Positions 52,701 to 64,000 of a DNA stretch of 64,000 nucleotides are shown here, one piece after another (within the stretch, counting starts at the first letter, position 1; the number at the start of each line of letters is the position of its first letter). This DNA is from Eledone cirrhosa (lineage: Eukaryota), in assembly GCA_964016885.1 (NCBI GenBank), contig OZ024742.1, forward strand, positions 291,772,001-291,836,000, written 5' to 3'. The notes below the pieces were generated by a model. That model saw nothing but the letters and a program-made list of their open reading frames with translations, was not told the origin of the DNA and did not search any database. Both the position numbers and the translations under genes were made by a program.

Positions 52701-55700
52701 GTAGCATTACAGGAGTATCCAGTACATTGTAGCATTACAGAAGTATCCAGTACATTGTAGCATTACAGGAGTATCTATCCATTGTAGCATTACAGGAGTA
52801 TCTATCCATTGTAGCATTACAGGAGTATCTATCCATTGTAGCATTACAGGAGTATCCAGTACATTGTAGCATTATGGGAGTATCTATCCATTGTAGCATT
52901 ACAGGATTATCCAGTACATTGTAGCATTATAGGAGTATCCAGTACATTGTAGCATTACAGGAGTATCCAGTACATTGTAGCATTACAGGAGTATCTATCC
53001 ATTGTAGCATTACAGGATTATCCAGTACATTGTAGCATTACAGGAGTATCTATCCATTGTAGCATTACAGGAGTATCCAATACATTGTAGCATTACAGGA
53101 GTATCCAGTACATTGTAGCATTACAGGAGTATCTATCCATTGTAGCATTACAGGAGTATCCAGTACATTGTAGCATTACAGGAGTATCTATCCATTGTAG
53201 CATTACAGGAGTATCTATCCATTGTAGCACTACAGGAGTATCCAGTACATTGTAGCATTACGGGAGTATCTATCCATTGTAGCATTACAGGATTATCCAG
53301 TACATTGTAGCATTACAGGAGTATCCAGTACATTGTAGCATTACAGGAGTATCCAGTACATTGTAGCATTACAGGAGTATCTATCCATTGTAGCATTACA
53401 GGATTATCCAGTACATTGTAGCATTACAGGAGTATCCAGTACATTGTAGCATTACAGGAGTATCTATCCATTGTAGCATTACAGGAGTAACTATCCATTG
53501 TAGCATTACAGGAGTATCTATCCATTGTAGCATTACAGGAGTATCTATCCATTGTAGTATTACAGGAGTATCTATCCATTGTAGCATTACAGGAGTATCC
53601 AGTACATTGTAGCATTACAGGAGTATCCAGTACATTGTAGCATTACAGGAGTATCCAGTACATTGTAGCATTACAGGAGTATCCAGTACATTGTAGCATT
53701 ACAGGAGTATCTATCCATTGTAGCATTACAGGAGTAACTATCCATTGTAGCATTACAGGAGTAACTATCCATTGTAGCATTACAGGAGTATCTATCCATT
53801 GTAGTATTACAGGAGTATCTATCCATTGTAGCATTACAGGAGTATCCAGTACATTGTAGTATTACAGGAGTATCTATCCATTGTAGCATTACAGGAGTAT
53901 CTATCCATTGTAGCATTACACGAGTATCTATCCATTGTAGCATTACACGAGTATCTATCCATTGTCGCATTACAGGAGTATCCAGTACATTGTAGCATTA
54001 CGGGAGTATCTATCCATTGTAGCATTACAGGATTATCCAGTACATTGTAGCATTACAGGAGTATCCAGTACATTGTAGCATTACAGGAGTATCTATCCAT
54101 TGTAGCATTACAGGAGTATCTATCCATTGTAGCATTACAGGAGTATCCAGTACATTGTAGCATTACAGGAGTATCCAGTACATTGTAGCATTACAGTAGT
54201 ATCCAGTACATTGTAGCATTACAGGAGTATCCAGTACATTGTAGCATTACAGGAGTATCCAGTACATTGTAGCATTACAGGAGTATCCAGTACATTGTAG
54301 CATTACAGGAGTATCCAGTACATTGTAGCATTACAGGAGTATCTATCCATTGTAGCATTACAGGATTATCCAGTACATTGTAGCATTACAGGAGTATCTA
54401 TCCATTGTAGCATTACAGGAGTATCCAGTACATTGTAGCATTACAGGAGTATCTATCCATTGTAGCATTACAGGAGTATCTATCCATTGTAGCATTACAG
54501 GATTATCCAGTACATTGTAGCATTACAGGAGTATCCAGTACATTGTAGCATTACAGGAGTATCTATCCATTGTAGCATTACAGGAGTATCTATCCATTGT
54601 AGCATTACAGGAGTATCTATCCATTGTAGCATTACAGGAGTATCCAGTACATTGTAGCATTACAGGAGTATCCAGTACATTGTAGCATTACAGGAGTATC
54701 TATCCGTTGTAGCATTACAGGAGTATCTATCCATTGTAGCATTACAGGAGTATCTATCCATTGTAGCATTACAGGAGTATCCAGTACATTGTAGCATTAC
54801 AGGATTATCCAGTACATTGTAGCATTACAGGAGTAACTATCCATTGTAGCATTACAGGAGTATCCAGTACATTGTAGCATTACAGAAGTATCCAGTACAT
54901 TGTAGCATTACAGGAGTATCTATCCATTGTAGCATTACATGATTATCCAGTACATTGTAGCATGACAGGAGTATCTATCCATTGTAGCATTACAGGAGTA
55001 TCCAGTACATTGTAGCATTACGGGAGTATCTATCCATTTTAGCATTACAGGATTATCCAGTACATTGTAGCATTACAGGAGTATCCAGTACATTGTAGCA
55101 TTACAGGAGTATCTATCCATTGTAGCATTACAGGATTATCCAGTACATTGTAGCATTACAGGAGTATCCAGTACATTGTAGCATTACAGGAGTATCCAGT
55201 ACATTGTAGCATTACAGGAGTATCTATCCATTGTAGCATTACAGGATTATCCAGTACATTGTAGCATTACAGGAGTATCTATCCATTGTAGCATTACAGG
55301 AGTATCCAGTACATTGTAGCATTACAGGAGTATCCAGTACATTGTAGCATTACAGGAGTATCTATCCATTGTAGCATTGCAGGAGTATCTATCCATTGTA
55401 GCATTACAGGATTATCCAGTACATTGTAGCATTACAGGAGTATCTATCCATTGTAGCATTACAGGAGTATCTATCCATTGTAGCATTACACGAGTATCTA
55501 TCCATTGTAGCATTACAGGAGTATCCAGTACATTGTAGCATTACAGCAGTATCTATCCATTGTAGCATTACAGGAGTATCCAGTACATTGTAGCATTACA
55601 TGAGTATCTATCCATTGTAGCATTACAGGAGTATCTATCCATTGTAGCATTACAGGATTATCCAGTCCATTGTAGCATTACAGGAGTATCTATCCATTGT

Positions 55701-58700
55701 AGCATTACAGGAGTATCTATCCATTGTAGCATTACAGGAGTATCCAGTACATTGTAGCATTACAGGAGTATCTATCCATTGTAGCATTACAGGAGTATCT
55801 ATCCATTGTAGCATTACAGGAGTATCCAGTACATTGTAGCATTACAGGAGTATCTATCCATTGTAGCATTACAGGAGTATCCAGTACATTGTAGCATTAC
55901 AGGAGTATCTATCCATTGTAGCATTACAGGATTATCCAGTACATTGTAGCATTACAGGATTATCTATCCATTGTAGCATTACAGGAGTATCCAGTACATT
56001 GTAGCATTACAGGAGTATCTATCCATTGTAGCATTACAGGAGTATCCAGTACATTGTAGCATTACAGGATTATCTATCCATTGTAGCATTACAGGAGTAT
56101 CCAGAACATTGTAGCATTACAGGATTATCTATCCATTGTAGCATTACAGGAGTATCCAGTACATTGTAGCATTACAGGATTATCTATCCATTGTAGCATT
56201 ACAGGAGTATCCAGAACATTGTAGCATTACAGGATTATCTATCCATTGTAGCATTACAGGAGTATCCAGTACATTGTAGCATTACAGGAGTATCTATCCA
56301 TTGTAGCATTACAGGAGTATCCAGTACATTGTAGCATTACAGGATTATCTATCCATTGTAGCATTACAGGAGTATCCAGAACATTGTAGCATTACAGGAT
56401 TATCTATCCATTGTAGCATTACAGGATTATCCAGTACATTGTAGCATTACAGGATTATCCAGTACATTGTAGCATTACAGGATTATCTATCCATTGTAGC
56501 ATTACAGGATTATCCAGTACATTGTAGCATTACAGGATTATCCAGTACATTGTAGCATTACAGGATTATCTATCCATTGTAGCATTACAGGATTATCTAT
56601 CCATTGTAGCATTACAGGAGTATCCAGTACATTGTAGCATTACAGGATTATCTATCCATTGTAGCATTACAGGAGTATCCAGTACATTGTAGCATTACAG
56701 GATTATCTATCCATTGTAGCATTACAGGAGTATCCAGTACATTGTAGCATTACAGGATTATCTATCCATTGTAGCATTACAGGAGTATCCAGTACATTGT
56801 AGCATTACAGGAGTATCCAGTACATTGTAGCATTACAGGAGTATCTATCCATTGTAGCATTACAGGATTATCCAGTACATTGTAGCATTACAGGAGTAAC
56901 TATCCATTGTAGCATTACAGGAGTATCCAGTACATTGTAGCATTACAGAAGTATCCAGTACATTGTAGCATTACAGGAGTATCTATCCATTGTAGCATTA
57001 CAGGAGTATCTATCCATTGTAGCATTACAGGAGTATCTATCCATTGTAGCATTACAGGAGTATCCAGTACATTGTAGCATTATGGGAGTATCTATCCATT
57101 GTAGCATTACAGGATTATCCAGTACATTGTAGCATTATAGGAGTATCCAGTACATTGTAGCATTACAGGAGTATCCAGTACATTGTAGCATTACAGGAGT
57201 ATCTATCCATTGTAGCATTACAGGATTATCCAGTACATTGTAGCATTACAGGAGTATCTATCCATTGTAGCATTACAGGAGTATCCAATACATTGTAGCA
57301 TTACAGGAGTATCCAGTACATTGTAGCATTACAGGAGTATCTATCCATTGTAGCATTACAGGAGTATCCAGTACATTGTAGCATTACAGGAGTATCTATC
57401 CATTGTAGCATTACAGGAGTATCTATCCATTGTAGCACTACAGGAGTATCCAGTACATTGTAGCATTACGGGAGTATCTATCCATTGTAGCATTACAGGA
57501 TTATCCAGTACATTGTAGCATTACAGGAGTATCCAGTACATTGTAGCATTACAGGAGTATCCAGTACATTGTAGCATTACAGGAGTATCTATCCATTGTA
57601 GCATTACAGGATTATCCAGTACATTGTAGCATTACAGGAGTATCCAGTACATTGTAGCATTACAGGAGTATCTATCCATTGTAGCATTACAGGAGTAACT
57701 ATCCATTGTAGCATTACAGGAGTATCTATCCATTGTAGCATTACAGGAGTATCTATCCATTGTAGTATTACAGGAGTATCTATCCATTGTAGCATTACAG
57801 GAGTATCCAGTACATTGTAGCATTACAGGAGTATCCAGTACATTGTAGCATTACAGGAGTATCCAGTACATTGTAGCATTACAGGAGTATCCAGTACATT
57901 GTAGCATTACAGGAGTATCCAGTACATTGTAGCATTACAGGAGTAACTATCCATTGTAGCATTACAGGAGTAACTATCCATTGTAGCATTACAGGAGTAT
58001 CTATCCATTGTAGTATTACAGGAGTATCTATCCATTGTAGCATTACAGGAGTATCCAGTACATTGTAGTATTACAGGAGTATCTATCCATTGTAGCATTA
58101 CAGGAGTATCTATCCATTGTAGCATTACACGAGTATCTATCCATTGTAGCATTACACGAGTATCTATCCATTGTAGCATTACACGAGTATCTATCCATTG
58201 TCGCATTACAGGAGTATCCAGTACATTGTAGCATTACGGGAGTATCTATCCATTGTAGCATTACAGGATTATCCAGTACATTGTAGCATTACAGGAGTAT
58301 CCAGTACATTGTAGCATTACAGGAGTATCTATCCATTGTAGCATTACAGGAGTATCTATCCATTGTAGCATTACAGGAGTATCCAGTACATTGTAGCATT
58401 ACAGGAGTATCCAGTACATTGTAGCATTACAGGAGTATCCAGTACATTGTAGCATTACAGGAGTATCCAGTACATTGTAGCATTACAGGAGTATCTATCC
58501 ATTGTAGCATTACAGGAGTATCTATCCATTGTAGCATTACAGGAGTATCTATCCATTGTAGCATTACTGGAGTATCTATCCATTGTAGCATTACAGGAGT
58601 ATCTATCCAATGTAGCATTACACGAGTATCTATCCATTGTAGCATTACAGGAGTATCTATCCATTGTAGCATTACAGGAGTATCTATCCATTGTAGCATT

Positions 58701-60456
58701 ACAGGAGTATCTATCCATTATAGCATTACAGGAGTATCTATCCATTGTAGCATTACAGGAGTATCCAGTACATTGTAGCATTACGGGAGTATCTATCCAT
58801 TGTAGCATTACAGGAGTATCCATCCATTGTAGCATTACAGGAGTATCCAGTACATTGTAGCATTACAGGAGTATCCAGTACATTGTAGCATTACAGGAGT
58901 ATCCAGTACATTGTAGCATTACAGGAGTATCCAGTACATTGTAGCATTACAGGAGTATCCAGTACATTGTAGCATTACAGGAGTATCCAGTACATTGTAG
59001 CATTACAGGAGTATCTATCCATTGTAGCATTACAGGAGTATCCAGTACATTGTAGCATTACAGGATTATCCAGTACATTGTAGCATTACAGGAGTATCTA
59101 TCCATTGTAGCATTACGGGAGTATCCAGTACATTGTAGCATTACAGGAGTAACTATCCATTGTAGCATTACAGGAGTATCCAGTACATTGTAGCATTACA
59201 GGAGTATCTATCCATTGTAGCATTACAGGAGTATCTATCCATTGTAGCATTACACGAGTATCTATCCATTGTAGCATTACACGAGTATCTATCCATTGTA
59301 GCATTACAGGAGTATCTATCCATTGTAGCATTACACGAGTATCTATCCATTGTAGCATTACACGAGTATCTATCCATTGTAGCATTACACGAGTATCTAT
59401 CCATTGTAGCATTACACGAGTATCTATCCATTGTAGCATTACACGAGTATCTATCCATTGTAGCATTACACGAGTATCTATCCATTGTAGCATTACACGA
59501 GTATCCAGTACATTGTAGCATTACAGGAGTATCTATCCATTGTAGCATTACAGGAGTATCTATCCATTGTAGCATTACAGGAGTATCCAGTACATTGTAG
59601 CATTACAGGAGTATCCAGTACATTGTAGCATTACAGGAGTATCTATCCATTGTAGCATTACAGGAGTATCTATCCATTGTAGCATTACAGGAGTATCTAT
59701 CCATTGTAGCATTACACGAGTATCTATCCATTGTAGCATTACACGAGTATCTATCCATTGTAGCATTACATGAGTATCTATCCATTGTAGCATTACAGGA
59801 GTATCCAGTACATTGTAGCATTACAGGAGTATCTATCCATTGTAGCATTACAGGAGTATCTATCCATTGTAGCATTACAGGAGTATCTATCCATTGTAGC
59901 ATTACAGGAGTATCCAGTACATTGTAGCATTACAGGAGTATCTATCCATTGTAGCATTACAGGAGTATCTATCCATTGTAGCATTACAGGAGTATCTATC
60001 CATTGTAGCATTACAGGAGTATCCAGTACATTGTAGCATTACGGGAGTATCTATCCATTGTAGCATTACAGGAGTATCCAGTACATTGTAGCATTACAGG
60101 AGTATCTATCCATTGTAGCATTACAGGAGTATCTATCCATTGTAGCATTACAGGAGTATCTATCCATTGTAGCATTACACGAGTATCTATCCATTGTAGC
60201 ATTACACGAGTATCTATCCATTGTAGCATTACACGAGTATCTATCCATTGTAGCATTACACGAGTATCCAGTACATTGTAGCATTACAGGAGTATCCAGT
60301 ACATTGTAGCATTACAGGAGTATCTATCCATTGTAGCATTACAGGAGTATCTATCCATTGTAGCATTACAGGAGTATCTATCCATTGTAGCATTACAGGA
60401 GTATCTATCCATTGTAGCATTACAGGAGTATCTATCCATTGTAGCATTACAGGAGT
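49720..60456. repeat. Two-variant 27/28-bp satellite array, ~10.7 kb (~390 units)
   Basis: Units CATTGTAGCATTACAGGAGTATCTATC (27) and CATTGTAGCATTACAGGAGTATCCAGTA (28) are interspersed. Confidence 0.99.
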
Positions 60457-61780
60457 CTCCAACAGGCTGTAGTATTAGTAAGTGTATATCCAGTTAAGCT
60501 GTAGTGTTACAGGAGTCTCCACTAAGGAGTGATATTACAAGAGTATTTAGCAAATCAAAGTACATTACAATTTTGTATCCTGAAGCTGTGATATTTGTGA
60601 GTATATATATATGAATGTATGTATATATATGAATGTATGTATAGTATATTTGGCATTATACCGTATGTTTAATTAAAAATATTTAGAAGACCATACGCTA
60701 TCAGGTTGTGATATTTGTGAGTATATATATATATATATCCAGTAGACTGTGGTATAATAGAAATATATCTCCAGTAGCCTATAGTATAATAGGAGTATAT
60801 ATCCAGTAGACTATCATGTTACAGGACTATGTAGTAACCAATGAAATAAGTATTTATCCAGTAAGCTGTAATAACCATGATTATTTATCCAGAAGTATCC
60901 AGTAAGCCATGATGCTACACAATTGATCCATTATAGTATTATACAAGTATCTTTCTGGAGCATCCAGTAAGCTCTGAAATTAGAGAGTATCCAGTTTTGG
61001 TATTAATGAGTATCCAATATGTTAATACAGAAGTACCTATCCATTGTAGAATTACAGGAGTATTAAGTAAGCTGTGATATTACTGAGTATCCAGGAGGTT
61101 GTAGTAATACATAAGTATTTATCTATTGTAATATTACAGGAGTATCCAATAAGCTGTGATACTACAAGAGTATTTATCCAGTCAACTGTAATATCACAGT
61201 AGTATCCAATAAGCTGTGATATTACAAGAGTATTTATCCAGTTAACTGTGGTGTTACAGGAGTATCCAGTAAGCTGTAGTATTTCAGGAGTATCCAGTAA
61301 GTTGTAGTATTTCAGGAGTATGCAGCAGGCTGTAGTATATTAGAGGAGTATCCAATAAGTTGTATATTTCAAGAGTATTCAGTAAGCTATGATATTAGTG
61401 ATTATATATTACAGAAGTATCCTGTACATTGTAGTAATACAAGAGTAATCCAGTAAGCTGCGATATTTCAGGAGTATTGAATAGGTTGCAATATTACATA
61501 TTAGTGGAGCGTCGGACAGTTCTGGCCCTTTACAATCTGAGTTCAAATCCTGCTGAGGTTAGCTTTGCCTTTCATCCTTATGGGGTCAATAAAATAAAGT
61601 ACAGTAATGCGCTCGGGTTGATTTAATCAACTTCCTCCTTCTTTAAAATTATTGGCCTTGTGCCTAAAACCGAAACTAATATTACAGTAGAATATAGTAA
61701 ACTGTGATATTAGAGAGTAAACTATAGTCAGGAGTATGCAGTAAGTTACAGTATATCAGGAAGATTTATCCAGTAAGAAA
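60457..61780. repeat. Degenerate right flank of the 27/28-bp satellite
   Basis: Repeated GAGTATCCAGTAAGCTGTAGTATT-like units, interrupted by a SINE at ~61500-61680. Confidence 0.8.
61500..61680 (+). mobile_element. tRNA-derived SINE (family of 755-943)
   Basis: TCTGAGTTCAAATCCTGCTGAGGTTAGCTTTGCCTTTCATCCTTATGGGGTCAATAAAATAAAGTAC...GGCCTTGTGCCTAAAA. Confidence 0.8.
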
Positions 61781-63689
61781 GAAAGGTGCTGATCATCAGA
61801 TTAGACCAAGGAAACAATGCTCCCATTTGTCAATCCATTGTTAATAGTATCTGCAGGTCGCAATGTAAAATAAAATATTTTGCTCAAGAAAACAACACAA
61901 TGTCTGGTTCAGGAATTGAACCCACAAAGCTCTGGAGTTACTGTATATATATATTCAGTAAGCTACAGTCCAATATTGCCAAAAATATGTTTTATGGAGC
62001 CAGAGGGTTCCACTAAAAGAATTCTCTGGTTTCACAAAATTTTGGTTCTAATGTTCAACACAATTTCCAACTTGATGTCTCTAAGGAATATATGAGTGAC
62101 CTTGTTCCCAGAAACTGCCCCTATATGTAGATTTATTGTTAATAAGATTTAACCTATGACACCAAACCCTCTGAAGTTGGTCATGGTTCCATGATTGAGA
62201 GATTTTTTTTTTTAAGCATTTATATTTATGCCAAAACGATCCATCATATTTTTATAAAAAAACCTTTGTTAAGCTATATTCCACACACAAATTTAATAAT
62301 GAGAAATTCATATATTACAAAATCCCTCAAAATTCTTGATTATTTTTAAAATTAATTAAAAATCATAGGTAATGTCATTCATTAAAAATATTATAATGAA
62401 ATAATTTTATGCAAAAGCCTTTGTTAACCCTTTTGATATCAAATTGTCTGAAACTGCACCTCGTTCTATGATATAAAACTGTTTACAGTATTTATATTTC
62501 TCTAGCTTTCCAACATAATTTAATGAAATAATGTTTATTATATTCCAAACACCAGCTTAACAGTGAGAAAGTTAGTTATAATACTAAATGCTTTTCAAAT
62601 TCTTGAATATTTTCAAAATTATTGAAAATTATATTTCATTAGAAATATGGTAACAGAAAGACCCAACATACCTAATCTCTTTATTACTACAGATAAAACA
62701 TACCTGGTTTATTTGTTACTGCAGGTGAAACATACCTGGTCTCTTTATTGCTACATGTGAAATAAATCATAATTATTTTGACAAAGCCTAATTTAGTAGA
62801 ATACAGAGAGATGGGAGTATAAGAAATATATAACTGTAGCAGGTTTTATGGCCAAAGCTGATTCTAAAACCAGGCGGTACCAAATTACAGTAAACCATTC
62901 CGCAACTGTTCCAGTAGTAAAATGATATGGCTGATATTGAAATAATAATGTAATCAGAGCTCTCTCATTAACAAATGAAATGACTTTATGAGTCTAGCTC
63001 TGTGATCAATTAAAGACAATTAAAGACAGAACCTTTATAATCTCCATGATTGAAGACCAAGACATCGATGATAATCTGGTGTTAATGGGTTATTTAATAT
63101 AAAATATAACCTAATGAATAATTAAAACTAACGATACATTGTTATAATTACATTGAGCTTCATAAATTGCTGCAGACATGTATGACATAATAAAAGTACT
63201 TTATATAAATGGAAGGAATAATTGGTTTCTAATACCAAACCATCTGAAACTGCCCTTGATTCTATGATACAAAACTTTCTTTTAAAGTGTTAATATTTAT
63301 CGAAAAACTATCATAATTTTGTGTAAGAATCTTAAAGTTATTTTTCAAACACCAAATTATTAATGAGAAAGTTAATTATATTCCTAAATCCCTAAATCCC
63401 TCTTGAAAATAAGAAAACAATAGGGTTTTATTATTCACAGTGAAATAAATAATGTTACAAATATGAAAGAAGTTATAAAATGATGGAAATATGATAAAGA
63501 AAGATAAAAAAAATTAAGTAATGAAAAAAGTAGAAGGAGTAAAGAAGGACAGATTTAGTTATGTGGGAAAGTAGAGGAAAGGATTAAGAATGCCATAAAT
63601 AAGAGAAAAAAGCAAGGACTCTAGGGCCACAGAAGAAAGGGGGGAAGGGGTTGATGGGCTCTGGGCATATGGTGGAGCAGTGTTTAGGC

Positions 63690-63835
63690 TGCACCCTGCA
63701 GACAAAACTGCAAAGGCATTCCTGCAGACAATGGCCAGTGAGTGACACATGCTGCAACAGCCACCCCACCTCACGGGGTTCCTTCCTCAGATGGGCTGCT
63801 GATATTCTTTGAAAATCATAGGCAGTCTCTTTCAC
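63690..63835 (-). mobile_element. C-terminal fragment of a CRE-like (RLE-type) non-LTR retrotransposon
   Basis: The frameshifted peptide FQRISAA...EPREVGWLLQHVSL/AIVCRNAFAVLSAG resembles the 'EPRE..WL.QR.SLAI.RGNA' C-terminus of CRE-clade elements. Confidence 0.55.
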
Positions 63836-63869
63836 TAAAAATATGGTAAAGAAAGGTTAATTGATTAAA

Positions 63870-63995
63870 TTGAACCTAATACTTGATTGGTACTATATCT
63901 TAATGGCCCTGCAAGAATGTAAGGCAAAGTTGAACTCATCGGATCTAAAATTAGAATGTAAAGAGCCATAGCTAAATGCTGCAAGGCACTTTGTT
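63870..63995 (-). mobile_element. Diverged SINE (family of 755-943)
   Basis: TGGTACTATATCTTAATGGCCCTGCAAGAATGTAAGGCAAAGTTGAACTC matches the reverse complement of the core. Confidence 0.6.
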
Positions 63996-64000
63996 TGACG

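Noticed and set aside
49720-60456. CRISPR-like repeat-spacer array
   Set aside because: The variable part is only 4-5 nt with two states, there are no unique spacers or cas genes, and the context is eukaryotic.
53396-60462. MLQWIDTPV / YSCNATMDR repeat ORFs
   Set aside because: These are runs of 27-bp units, frameshifted by every 28-bp unit.
62790-62930. Minus-strand open frame PYHFTTGTVAEWFTVIWYRLVLES... after a CAG
   Set aside because: Short, with a weak acceptor and no recognisable homology. Insufficient support.

Overview
AT-rich, repeat-dominated eukaryotic DNA. The SINE/LINE/MITE repertoire and microsatellite density look like an octopod cephalopod, but that is an inference from family resemblance. 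No intact host gene can be recognised with confidence. The left 26 kb is a nested transposon landscape: a decayed L1/Tx1 LINE (-) between duplicated 62-bp minisatellite blocks; a near-intact full-length RTE LINE (+) with a PHD-type finger inserted in its RT domain; a Chapaev3-like DNA transposon with both termini and TTA TSDs; TTAA-flanked MITEs; tRNA-derived SINEs; and three exon-like islands on the minus strand. The right part holds two adjacent satellites. One is a ~22 kb array of a 39-bp unit with 2202, 4905 and 2416 bp higher-order duplications. The other is an ~11 kb array of two interspersed unit types (27 and 28 bp) inside older, diverged flanks. The long satellite and microsatellite ORFs in the track are judged artefacts. 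I found no convincing new multi-gene system; the best leads are listed as findings.
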